Assembly (NCBI RefSeq): GCF_009914755.1
Contig: NC_060935.1
Origin: the human T2T-CHM13v2.0 reference genome, Homo sapiens
Strand: one strand, 5' to 3'
Length of the DNA stretch: 64,000 nt
Below, in pieces: positions 14,071 to 25,981 of this stretch (position 1 is the stretch's first letter; each line of letters starts with the position of its first letter). The notes below the pieces were generated by a model. That model saw only the letters and a program-made list of their open reading frames with translations, was not told the origin of the DNA and made no database searches. The position numbers and the translations under genes were made by a program.

Positions 14071-14459
14071 CTACCTGCTTTCTGGTTCAGCAAAACATGG
14101 CCTACAGTAGCCAGGTGATGGGAAGCTATCCCTCTCCTGGGAGGGGAATACTTGCTTTTTGAGGCAGTCATAATGTTTTCCTCACCACTTCTCTTTTCCC
14201 CTCCCTAATCAGTACCTCCCTTTCTACCCCCTACTCAGTACCTCCCTTTCTACCTTCAGTTAGAAATTGCAACCCCAAGAAAATGGGTGGCACCTTACCT
14301 ATTGGGATACCTTCAAGTTGGTTGATGGTCAGTGTCAGAAACTATAAAGATGGAGTATTCATTTTCATGACCCCAAACACATAATAGGATAGCTATGATA
14401 TACGCAGATCTAAATGTGATGCTCTAGCAATACTAAGAAGGCAGGAAAGTACAGGGCAG

Positions 14460-14660
14460 GCTCATTTACTGAGTTCAGAACCTTGGTCAGGTATCACACA
14501 AGGCATTTTAATATCTGATTCCTGTGAATCTTCACCAAAACTCTATGAGGTGTAGACGTGATTCTCTTATTTAACACACTAGATAACTGAGGCTCAGATA
14601 GGTTAAGTCAATCACCACCCAAAGCCACATAGGGTGCATCAGGCCTGGGATATATATCCA
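14460..14660 (-). mobile_element. MIR SINE
   Basis: aactgaggctcagataggttaagt antisense core. Confidence 0.7.
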
Positions 14661-14808
14661 CCAAATTTAGATATACAGGCACAGGCCTTAAGGCCTACAT
14701 TAGAAACTTTGCTATCTTTTGTTACAAAGAATAGAGTTGCAGAAAACTCTGAATGTGAAAAAGCACATAGAACATTGAATTTTCTTAGAAGCTTAAAAGA
14801 TGAGTTCT

Positions 14809-15216
14809 TGTGATGGTTAATTTTTATGTGTCAACTTGGCTGGACCACAGAGCACAGATATTTGGTCAAACATTATTCTGGATGTTTCTGTGAAGGTGTT
14901 TTTGAACAAGAATAACATTTAAATTGGTGGACTTCGAGCACAGCAGATTGCCCTCCTTCATGTAGGTGGCCTTCATTCACTCAGTTGAAGGCCTGAATAA
15001 AACAGAAGACTGAACCTCCCCCAAAGAAGAGGAAACCCTGCAGCAGATGGCCTTTGGACTTGGACGGCAACGTTGGCTCTTCCCAGGTCACAAGCTTGCC
15101 AGCCTACCCTGCAGATTTTGGGCTTTCATAATCATGTGAGCCAATTCTTTAAAATAAGCCTCTTTCTATATATACAGACATCCTGTTGGTAGTATTTCTC
15201 CGGAGAACCCTAATAC
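14809..15216 (+). mobile_element. ERVL solo LTR, MLT2 (B/D-like)
   Basis: tgtgatggttaatttttatgtgtcaacttggctgg...ggagaaccctaatac. Confidence 0.88.
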
Positions 15217-16409
15217 TGTGCCTAAATGCTATTTGAATGGTTTTACTTGACTGGAGTATGGAAATATTCTGTGATAATATTTTAATAAAATGGGTAGAAA
15301 GAGTGGGGGCTGGAGCGGGGAGCAGTAGTAGGGGAAGATGGGAGTTTATTATCCTCACTCTCCGAATGAGAAAACCAGAGCTGAGAGAGAGACTATGTGA
15401 GTGATTTCCCTTGGGTGACAAAGCTGACTGGGGGCTAAGCAGGGTGTAGAACACAGGCCTCTTGGAGCCCGTTTAGTGTGGAAAGCAGTGGCTGTGTCAG
15501 GCATCCACTGGGGCACTGCAAGCGGTATGCAGGCAATGGACTCCTGACCCATCCTTAGGTCTGGTCGTTGCTAAGAGGCTGCGGAGACCCTTTCCTGAGA
15601 CAAGGAGTAAGGCAGGCTCCTTCCAGAGGGCTGTGGGTGTCCACTAGCTGGGGCCTCCTCCCCACCTGTCTAGGGGCAGACAGGAAAAGAGCACTCCAGC
15701 CAAAGTAGCTCCTCCTCCAACACCCTTCACAACCCCTTTTTCTTCTTGAAGGATAGCCATCTTTCCTAAATCCTCTCCCTTGCTTGGCCAAATCCGTGTA
15801 CCTTCCTGAAAGAACAGTGGGAAGTTGGCTCTTTATCATGACTATGCACTGCACACTCGGCACAGGCCCATTTCTTCCTTTTTTTCCCACCAGTTCTGCC
15901 CTGGATCCCTGTCTTGACTTGATGCCTGGAGTTCTACCAGGCATCACTTAGCAATGCGCCAAGCCACTGGGTTTAAAACAGCAGGGGACTTGAGAGTTTC
16001 AAACCCGCAGCTCTTGGTCAGTGAATGGGATTTTTATGAGGCCGCTGGAATCAGTCTTGCATGCAGGGTGCTAAAAATTTTTATGGCTGGCTGGGATTCG
16101 TTGGAAGCGCCAAGCTGGAACGTGATGGAGTTACCCATTAGAGAATGTCCCCAGGAAAGTGGGCTTGCATGGTTCCCTGGTACTCAGAGGTGTCAGAGAG
16201 CTGGTTTTATGGAAAGCAATTTCCTTAGCAAAGAAAAAATATGCTCCAGAGACAGAGCGATTTCAGCACAAGGGCTCTGCCACCCCGGGTTTAACGGGCT
16301 TCCTTAGCAGGCGGTCCCTGGTGATTGCAAAGACAAATGGGTCCTACTCGTTCTGGCTGCCAGCAAACTTTTACTTCCCTTCTTTAGAAACATGTATTTT
16401 AAACATAGA

Positions 16410-17165
16410 ATAATAAAAATTTAGAAAAAAAGGAAAATGAACTGTAGTGACATCATTCACACAACACTATTAACATTTTGTTATATATACACATATTTTT
16501 GACATAGTTTTGACATAGCTATGATACAGTTTTATACCTTTTGCTTAACATTTTATGATAAACACTTTGAAGCCATGAAAGCCTCTTTGTAGGACTCATT
16601 TTAAGTAACTTTATAATATTACATTAGCTTGGTATGCCATAAAGTGGTAGTACTATTTTCCATACTGTGGGATATGGAGCTGGTTTCTGATTTTTTTTTG
16701 TGATTATAAATAATGACATCATGAACATCTGGTAACATAAAGCTTTGGTCCTATTTCGAATGAGATCCTTGGAATAGATTTCTAGAAACACAATAATGGG
16801 GCCAAGGGATGGACATATTTTAAAGTGTCCTGTTATATATTGCCAAGTTGCTTTCCATAAAGGTGATCAGTTCACATTTCCATCCACCCTCCATGAGAGT
16901 GTCTATATCACCACGCCCTTGCCAACACTGAAATCTTTAATATAAACATATCTTCTATGTAATTTGCTAAGTAAAAAATGCCATCTCTTAGTGTTTTAGT
17001 TTGCATTTTTGGATTAATAGCAAAGGTGAACATTTTGCTCATTTGTGTATCATCTGTCTGCATTTCTTCTGTTCTATTGGAGTCTTAGTGCTTTCCTGTT
17101 TACTATACAAAGGGCTGTCTGCCATATTTGTTACAAAAATATTTTTACCAATTTGTTATTCCTGG
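16410..17165 (-). mobile_element. Ancient L1ME 3' region
   Basis: attataaataatgacatcatgaacatc...gatttctagaa...tattgccaagttgctttcc...tttgcatttttggattaatag. Confidence 0.75.
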
Positions 17166-17619
17166 AAAACTTTTCAAGCCCAACCCGAACACTAACCCTT
17201 ACCCTAACCAAGCTGGACACACGTGGGTTTTTAGTTACTCATGTTTAGTTGTACAATGCTTACCCCAAGGTTATCTCAGGTCCCAGCTTTTGGAGGTTTG
17301 GTGTTTAACCTTTGGTTAGGTATGTGGGGTACACAGACTGGGCCCAAATTCAGCTTCAGACACTCAAGCAAGTATTTTATTGTTCTTATGAGCCTCACCC
17401 CATGTGCCCAGAACCTGGGGATGTGGAGATGAGAAAGGCACAGACCCTTTATGAGCTTGCAGCCTACCTGGAAATAAAACAAGTACACCTGCGACTAGAG
17501 TCCAAGGAATGGGGTAATAAATGCCATTTGTGAGGGGTTTGGCCCAACACCTGAGATTCAGGTTCTTTAATTCTACAGAGCATTATGGACAGTTTTTGGA
17601 TCCTGGGACCCTGATTTTT

Positions 17620-17800
17620 AGGCCATAGGATCACTTAGTGTTGTTGAGAGGATCCTAGCAATCATTTGCTGAACATCTCCATTTTGCGGATGAGGAAACT
17701 GAGGCTCAGAGAGGGCAGGGACTTGACCAACGTCTTGGGGAAAGTTAGTGGCAGGGCTAGTCTGGCATCCAAGCCTCCTGCTTCCCAGTGTAAGCTTTCC
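17620..17800 (-). mobile_element. MIR SINE
   Basis: cattttgcggatgaggaaactgaggctcagagagg. Confidence 0.75.
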
Positions 17801-17829
17801 CCGAACACTTCAATTTCTTTATATTCCAG

Positions 17830-18187
17830 TGATATGGTTTGGCTCTGTGTCCCCACCCAAATCTCACCTTGAATTGTAATGATCCCCACATGTCATGGGA
17901 GGGACCCTGTGGGAGGTAATTCAGTCATGGGGGTGGGTTTTTCTCATGCTGTTCTTGTGATAGTGATAAGTCTCATGAGATCTGACAGTTTTATATAGGA
18001 GAGTTCCCCTGCACATGCCCTCTTGCCTGCTGCCCTGTAAGACCCGACTTTTTCCTCATTCACCTTCCTCCATGATTGTGAGGACTCCCCAGCCATATGG
18101 AACTGTGAGTCAATTAAACCTCTTTCCTTTATAAATTACCCAGTTTTGGGTATGTCTTTATTAGCGGTGTGAGAACAGACTAATAGA
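17830..18187 (+). mobile_element. THE1 (MaLR) solo LTR
   Basis: tgatatggtttggctctgtgtccccacccaaatctc...gagaacagactaataga; 5-bp TSD tccag/cccag. Confidence 0.93.
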
Positions 18188-18461
18188 CCCAGTCTTTCCT
18201 GTCCTTCTCCTTACCTACCTGGCTACCTTTACATGATACTTTTCATGTGCCAAGCACTAGGACATGGAATTAAAAATACGGTTTCTGCTGCAAAGGAACT
18301 CACTGTTTGCGGGGAGAAGGGCTGTGAAGGGGGCAGTGTAAGTACTCTGAGGAATACAGAGTAAGTACTTTGGGCCACTGGGGCTCAGAGGAGACTTGGG
18401 GAGGCCAGGGAGGCCGGAAGTCTTCACTGGGCTTCCATTGCTCTGGGGGAGTTTTCCTTAG

Positions 18462-18810
18462 GGTATTAGTCTGTTATCATGCTGCTAATAAAGACACACC
18501 CAAGACTGGGTAACTTATAAAGAAAAAGAGGTTTAATGGACTCACAGTTCCACATGGCTGGGGAGGCCTCACAATTATGGTGGAAAGCAAGGAGGAGCAA
18601 GTCACATCTTACATGGATGGTAGCAGGCAAAGAAGAGCTGTGCAGGGAAACTCCCCCTTATTAAACCTTCAGATCTTGTGAGACTTACTATCACGGGAAC
18701 AGCAGGAGAAAGACCTGCCCCCATGATTCAATTACCTCCCACCATGTCCCTCCAACAACATGTGGGAATTCAAGATGAGATTTGGGTGGGGACACAGCCA
18801 AACCATGTCA
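18462..18810 (-). mobile_element. THE1 (THE1B-like) solo LTR
   Basis: gtattagtctgttatcatgctgctaataaagac...gagatttgggtggggacacagccaaaccatgtca is the reverse complement of a THE1 LTR. Confidence 0.93.
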
Positions 18811-18899
18811 GGGTTCTAGGGGACAGGAAACCAAGGGAAGGCCAGAGCAAAGGTCCCAGCAGAAAGCCCCTCTTTAGCACCTGTCCACAATGTTTAGGA

Positions 18900-19070
18900 G
18901 AAAGAAGACAGGCTTTAGAGTCAGACTCTGCCCCTTACTAGCTGTGGGTCCTGGAGCAAGTTACTTTATTCTCTGGGCCTTAGTTTTCTGATCTTTAGAA
19001 TGGGCCACTGGGTTATATGTGAGAAATAAACAAAACACATAGTAGAATGTTTGATGTGTAGTAGGTGTGT
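18900..19070 (+). mobile_element. MIR SINE
   Basis: ctctgccccttactagctgtgggtcctggagcaagttacttt. Confidence 0.7.
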
Positions 19071-21789
19071 TCCCTTCTCTAGTCATCCTTATTAAGCCCT
19101 GTTAGAATATTTTCTTTTTGAAACCTACCCTGAATGTATGCTTTAGAAAAGGAAAAACAAAAAACCTTCCGTGAATCCAGAACAGATGGGCCCACGCATG
19201 GGCTCTGCCCCACCCTCCCAAGAGGGTGCTCGCTCAGCTTTCTGCTTGCTCCCTTATTGGCTGGGCACTGTTCTGATTCTAGCTCCCTTTTAAGTTGATG
19301 TCTGGGCCTCTGAGTTATTCTCTGAGTCAGAATCACAGCAGGGATTGTGTCCTTTCAGGTATCTGCATTTTTCCAAGGCTCTTACATGGGAATTTTGGAG
19401 TCCCAGTTCCCAGACCTGTCTTGGCCTTGGTCCTGTTTCTGGGTGCGTTTTCTAGTTGCCTGCCCAAGACTCTCCTAAGCGAGTATTGCCTTGCTTCTGT
19501 AAGACCCTCTTCCAAGACTGACCTCCCTGAGGTTCTTGGCTTAGATGCCCAGGTTCCTGAGTGTGGGATGTGGGGCCAGATCCTCTGCCTACACTCTTCC
19601 TCCTCTCCAGGAACTGGCTGCTGGTTGGAACCCCAACAGGGGTCTGTACCCCCGCTGGCTTGGCAGCCCCTATCCAGCTTCATGGAGTTGGCTTATGCCT
19701 GCTGCCATCTTTTCCCCACTGCCCCACCTGCTGGGAGAAACTTATGGCCTGAAATAATGTAATTTAGAGGAATATTACAACTGGAATCACTAGCACAGTC
19801 ATCAAGCATAAAGAAGAGTGTGAAATTTCCTCATTAGGGGAGCCTGCCCATCTCTTCTTACTTTTCAAAAATCCAATGACTCCGTCATTCTGATTCAGAC
19901 TAAATACCGATATAGTTCCTTCTCAGTTCCTTTCTTTAGATGAAACCCCCTTTTCCCTGGATGTAGCCCCCAGCCTATTTCCCACCTCCACGCATCTTTA
20001 TGTAAAAGTTGGTGGGCAGCAGCCAAGTGGCCTGCTAGAACCCTTGGGACAAACTGCAATCCACGTTGCCAGCCCTGGGAGGATCAAGGAGGAAAAAATG
20101 CCCAAAGCACATGCCTCCAGAAAAATGAGACCGGCTCCTCTATCCTGGGGGACGCAAAGTTGAATTTGATCAGCACAATTTCCAGATATTTGAGTTAGAA
20201 AGACTCAGAAAAGTCACCGTGAGAGTGGCCTCTATTTTTAAGCCGTGTGTATTTGGCTTTTCCCCGACGGCCTCATGTCTGCAATTAGATTCTTCGCCTT
20301 GTGGTAGGGCAAGGTTTTCCAAAGCCAAGGTCCTGAAGAAAACAGGAGGTTGCCAGACCATCCTATCTGCTCTTAGGATCTTGCCTGGAAAAGCTTGAAA
20401 GATGGGAAGATGGGTGTTGGTGCTTACTGAGCACCTACCATGTGCCAGGCAGTTCCCTCATTTGATCCTTGTAATAACCCTGAGCCCAGGAGAGTACCCT
20501 TGTTTCCAGAGGAGAAAATTGAGGCAGTTTTCTCACTGTCTGACACAAAGTGGGTGCTTAATAAATGCTCAATCTGAACTTATCTCCAAGTTCTTGAGAA
20601 ATGATAAAGTTTTCTGAAAACATGAAGGATTATAATTCTTATTATCAAGGTAGTTTGCTGTGCTGAACGAGATATAGGAGGAGGTACAGGATGATGTTTA
20701 CTGAGTTTACAGCATATTCACCAGGGGTAGGTGCTCACTGGCCACCACAGGTATGCTCTTCCCTCCAGACACTGACCTGGGGCTGAAAGTGGCTGCTCAG
20801 CGAGGACGACCTTTCCCAGCTCCCCTGGCAGCTCCATGGCACCAGTGCACTCCATCTCACAGAACTACCAGAAGGTGTGATTGTTCTCATCCAAGATGGC
20901 TAAAAAGTAGCCTTCACCCTTGATCCCTCTTTTGCAGATGACACTGAGGCTCCAGGGGATGGAAGACCAAAGAGAGGAGTCCAGGTTTTTCAGTGATCCC
21001 CAACATAAAGAAATGTCTGCTATCAGGAACACTACACCAGACTGATACACGAACAAGATTTATGCAGTCCTTGGAAATGGCTTTCCTACTAATAACTGGC
21101 ATTATCCTAATATACTCAATGTGGCTGATATTATGGTGCCTCTTTCAGACATTCGGGAAATGGCAACATTCAGGGGGCACGAGAGCTGGTTAAGTGCTTC
21201 CTGGTATTTCCTGACTTAGATCCTTCACCAACACCAGCCACCAGACTATCCTCCACCCATTTCCACCTCCCGCATTCCTTGCAACGTCTTCTCAGGCTCT
21301 TCCTTGTTAATATCTTACCTATCTTTCCAGATACCCTCCAATTTGCCCCCTCTGGGAAGCTCTGTGTGCCCCTCTCCCAGGCAGAATTAATCCCCTTAAG
21401 TCTTTCTATGCTGCTTATCAGACTTGTCCTGTTGTTATATTTTGAAGCTCCTTCCCCCAACCCCCTTCACTGTGTTCTCTGGGCAGGCACCAGGCCCACT
21501 GCCTTTCCATCTGCCTCATGGGTGCAGGCCTGGCGCAGCCCAGCAGCCCAATCATGGGGTGGGGAAGTGACTGGAATCTCACACTTCCTCTGGAGCGCCA
21601 ACAGGGAGGGACTGGTAGAGCTCCTGGAAGGCTGGATGAACAAGATTCCAAGGCCAAATCAGGCTCATGGGAAAGATGGTTATGATCACCCAAGGGTGCA
21701 GGAGAAAGCAGCAGCTCCTTGCCTGCCATGAGTCAGCCATTCCAGATCCAACACATACTAAAATTACAGACCAGGAAGTCCTAGAGGAA

Positions 21790-22145
21790 GTATAACAACT
21801 CCTCTGCTGGGCACCCTCCAAAGGCTCTTCAACTGCATCCCAGCCAGAGCCCAGGCCCCCGCAGTGGCCCTCAAGGCCCTCAGAGATCCAGCTGAGTCAC
21901 TTTTCTAACCACTCTTTAAAATTGCACCCTCCCTCCCTGCTCACTCCCCATCTTATATTCCCGATTTGCCCCTCTTCTTACTTAATTTTTTCTCTATAGT
22001 CACTTTTTGACTACCTAACAAAGTCTATGACATTCTTATTGATTTGTTTTCTCTGGGCAGGAACTCTTGTTATCTGTATCCTCAGAGCCCGGCACAGTCT
22101 GTGGCACACAGTAGGCAGTCCACAAATATTCATTAAAAGAATAGA
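21790..22145 (+). mobile_element. L2 (L2a-like) 3' portion
   Basis: 3' end ggcacagtctgtggcacacagtaggcagtccacaaatattcattaaaagaat. Confidence 0.7.
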
Positions 22146-23124
22146 TAACAAAAGAAGTGAGTGAGCCTGGGACTCATGTCCTGTGCCATTTCGACTATAA
22201 CAAAAAGCTGCCCTTTTCCTCAGCATCTAACTTAGATGTTGTCATCATGATGCTTGAGCCAAGAGAACCTTAGGAACCATGGCCCAGGCACAGCCAGTTC
22301 CCTCTTCCTCCCCACACCTCCCTGGTGATAGAGAGGAAGCCTCTTTCTTAATGCTAATGCTGGCACAGGGGTAGGAGAGGCCACCGGAACTTTGGAATCC
22401 ATTTATCTATTAATTTATTATCTAATTAAGGCTCACAATGACAGTGCTATTTGTTCCAAAATGCCCTCAGACGAAACCAATACAGCATATGCACATTCTA
22501 ATCAATTAAAATGGTTCTCCTTAATGTCTGCCTTCAGCAGCCAGTAACTGTTGCACTCCTGGGTCCAGAGCACAAAATACCTTTGCACTTCATTAGGCCC
22601 CAAATGGTCTTCATGCACAGAGGCCACCAGGGCTCTTCTGCTTAGAGAGGAGGCAGCTGTTCCAGGATCCTGGGTGATGCATGAACAGGATTCTTTTCAG
22701 GGAGAACTGCCTTTCACTTGCCGTTTGCAAATCAAGTTATAACCACAGAGAAAGCCGGTTCTGGGAGACAAGAAGATGGGCAAAAGTGGGCAAGAGTGCC
22801 TTAATCTACCACACCTGTAGCCTTGGCCAGGGGCGGTGACTTTTATAACCAGGAAGGCTAAGTGAAGTGGATTTGCAGATAGGTCTCCATGGGATTAATG
22901 CTCTCCTGCCTGGACATGCCTCTGCCCCTGCACTAACTTCATTGTTTCACTCTACACAGTTGTAAAGTGTTCCTAAGAATTTGGGAGCCCCTTTAGGATC
23001 CACTCATCCCTGTATCTCCAGGCCCTGGCAGAGGGGCACAGGAAGTGTTAGTTGAACTAAACTGAAACATAAATATCTCATTAGGCCATTGGGAAAAAAA
23101 GTCTCTGTAAGAAGTGCAGCACAG

Positions 23125-23315
23125 TAATGATGCTAGTGATCACTAAGGACTTACTGCCTGCCAGGCCCTGTGTGTTAACACATGGAATCCTCACAACAAC
23201 CATAGAAGGTGGGCATTGCTTTTTATCAACTCATTGTAGGGATGAAGAATTGAATCAGAGCTGGGATTGGAACCCAGGCAGTCTGGCTCCAAGTTCATGG
23301 TCTAAGCCACTGCAA
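23125..23315 (-). mobile_element. MIR SINE
   Basis: atcctcacaacaacc...gagctgggattggaacccaggcagtctggctcc. Confidence 0.7.
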
Positions 23316-23483
23316 TCTCAAACACCTTTGCTGCACTGAGTGACGCAGGAATTATTCTCCAATGATGCTCTACTGCCTCCTTAGGTACGAGGAATGCTAG
23401 AGGCCACCTCTTTCCATTTCATACTGTGGATCACTAACCTATAGAGAAAAACTACACTGCTGATTTCATGAGAAAAAAAGTCA

Positions 23484-23487
<4 letters not shown>

Positions 23488-23527
<40 letters not shown>
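23488..23527. repeat. (GT)20 microsatellite
   Basis: Perfect GT dinucleotide run. Confidence 0.97.
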
Positions 23528-23531
<4 letters not shown>

Positions 23532-23669
23532 ATTCTAAGAAACATTTTTATTGTTCAACTCTCCCACAGTGCAAAACCTATTCAATTAAAACAACAGGTA
23601 ATAAAAATTATATTGCAGCTTTCTAGTAAAGCCTATTACATGGAAGAACCAGAGAAAGGCGAAAAACTA

Positions 23670-24650
23670 ATTCCACAGTACTTGAGAGTCTGCTGCACTA
23701 TGTGTCTGGCACTACGCTTACTGCTGGAGGTACCACAATGCATGAAAAAGACATGGTTTCTGCTCTGATGGAGCTTCTAGTCTGGTGAAGAGATAGACAA
23801 TAAACACAAACAAAACAACCAAAAAGGAATGGTCATAAGTGCTCTGTCAGGTATAAATAAGTAGGACGCCTTGAGAGAGGATACCAAGGCATGAATTCTG
23901 ATAAGGTGGTCAGAAAAGGCCCCTCAGGAGAGTGAGTTAGATTGGACCTAAAGATGTCAAAAGTGGGTGGAAGAGCATTCCAGGAAGGGGAAGAGCATAT
24001 GTGTAAAAGCCAAAGGCAAGGGCGAGCCTGATGAGACCAAGGTACTGAGAGTGTGGCTGGGGCATGGTGAGTAGAAGGGTAGGAAGTGAGCTAGAGTGGA
24101 TCCCAGACAAGGGAGTATTGTAGGCATGGTCAAAGCTCTGGATTTTATTTTAGGAATAAAAAGAAGGTTTTAAGTGGAACACAATGATGCTCTCAAAGAT
24201 CTATTGTATAGGGGGCAAGAGTGGCAACAAGGAGAAATGTAAACTGGGTATCCCAGCAGCTCAGAGGGGAGATGCTGGGGACTTGACTTAAGGTTATGAG
24301 TAGAGAGAAAAGTGAACCTGGGAGACATTTTTGGAGGTGGAACCAACAGGACTTGTTGGTGATTTAGACACAGAAGATGAAGAAAAGGCGAGAATCAAAG
24401 ATGACACTAGTTTCTAACTTGGGCGAGTGGGTAGATCACTCCATTTACTGAGATGGGGAAGACTTTGGAAAGATAATGGATTTGGGGTCATGATTATGAG
24501 TTTTGTTTTAGTTATGTTACGTTTGAGAGGCTACACTTTCAAGCAGAGATATCAACAAATGGTTGGAAACAGAAGTTTATAATTTGGAGGAGGAGTCTAG
24601 GCTAAAGATACACATTCGGTTGATATTTAAAGCATGGAAACGAGATTATC
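23670..24650 (-). mobile_element. L2 LINE, ~1 kb
   Basis: gagcttctagtctgg...ggtggtcagaaaaggccc...aagagcattccagg...ccatttactgagatggggaagact. Confidence 0.8.
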
Positions 24651-24859
24651 TTGAAAGTCAAGGTGGAAACTCTTAAATAACATAACAGGTAATAAAAGAA
24701 ACAGCATTCATCATGCCCAAGAAAAACTACCCAAATGAAAGTTCATAGTTAATAGCATGTGTGTGAGGAAGTCTTTGGGGGAAGCATTCAGCTTTCAGTC
24801 CCATTATTTGGTTCATCAAAAGACCCCAAAGAGATTGAGAGGGGAGGTGAGACTGTGGT

Positions 24860-25095
24860 CTTGTTAAGAGCATGGTTTGGAGTTAGACAAACCTTGGTTT
24901 GAATCCTTTCAACACTTACTTGCTGGGTGACTTTTTGTATGTTACTTTACCTCTCTGACCTTGAGATGCCTCATCTGTAAAGGAGGGACTATAAGACCTA
25001 TCTCCCAGAGTTGTCATGAGGCTCAATGTGATGTTTATAGATACATAGCATGGTTCCTGGCACAGAGTCAATTTCCAGTGGAACTATAATTATCA
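24860..25095 (+). mobile_element. MIR SINE, near full length
   Basis: gttaagagcatggtttggagttagac...cctcatctgtaaa. Confidence 0.75.
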
Positions 25096-25479
25096 TTAAG
25101 TGGGCTGCATTGAGGTCAGGTGACGAGAATGATGGAGGAGATCAATTTTTTTCTGCTGTGAGCAGAGCAGCCCACCTTTGGTGGGTCAATTGGCCAGCTC
25201 TGGGCCTCACACATTCAGAAAGTTGCAAACAGGATCAGTTTAGACATCACACTCTGTGAGGAATGGCTGAAGGAATAGTCTAGATAAAAGAGGCGGAGGC
25301 TGGAGGAAGTGGGGTAGGTGGGAGTTTAGTCTCTGCTTTTACATTTCTGCAGGGCTTTTCCAGGGAAGAAATGGCCTTGTTCCAAAGGTGGTGAGAAGAG
25401 TGGGTGGCTACTGTCCTGGATACCAGGAAGCAAGTTCTGATGCAGGGCACAGAAGACCTGTTTAGTATGCAACCTCTGA

Positions 25480-25712
25480 ATTTTAAAAAAGGGAAAAAGG
25501 CAAAAATATAGACTTCTATTTGCAGAAAGAAACCCTGAGAGGATACACAAAAAAACAAAAAGTGGTTATCTATGGGAAGGGGATAAGGGATGTTGGGAAT
25601 GGTGGGGGGAGAAGTGGAACTAATACTTTGTAACTACATAGCACTTTATGTTGTTTAACTTTTAAGCCAAGTGAGCATATTACACATTCAAGATATTAAA
25701 TTAAAAATATAA
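25480..25712 (+). mobile_element. L1ME 3' end
   Basis: gaggatacacaaaaaaacaaaaagtggttatctatggg followed by a G-rich 3'UTR segment and A-rich end. Confidence 0.55.
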
Positions 25713-25810
25713 TTGAGGCAAACCTGCAAGCAAGCAGGCAGAAGGCAGGCAGGAAGGAAAGTACATTCTGAGTCTGTGCTCTTGAAATGCGGCACAGGCT
25801 GCTTAGGGAG

Positions 25811-25981
25811 CAGGTCCAGCCTCATGGGCACAGGCCCTGTGTACAGGGCTCAGGCTCAGAAGGGCCTCATCCTTGATTCTAATGCTCTACTGTCACTGTC
25901 TTGAAATTCTTAAGTCTTTGAATGTGGAGTCCTGCATTTTCATTTTACACTGGGTTCCACAAATGATGTTAACAGGTCCTG
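25811..25981 (+). mobile_element. MER91A-like hAT-Tip100 MITE
   Basis: caggtccagcctcatggg...tcttgaaattcttaa...gcattttcattttacactggg...ggtcctg. Confidence 0.8.

Noticed and set aside
17830-18810. THE1 pair as the ends of one provirus
   Set aside because: The LTRs are inverted, the first has its own TSD, and the spacer is not THE1-int.
19295-21731. 155-aa (19295) and 150-aa (21279) ORFs
   Set aside because: No recognisable domain; the second overlaps decayed L2-like sequence; such lengths are expected by chance with alternative starts.
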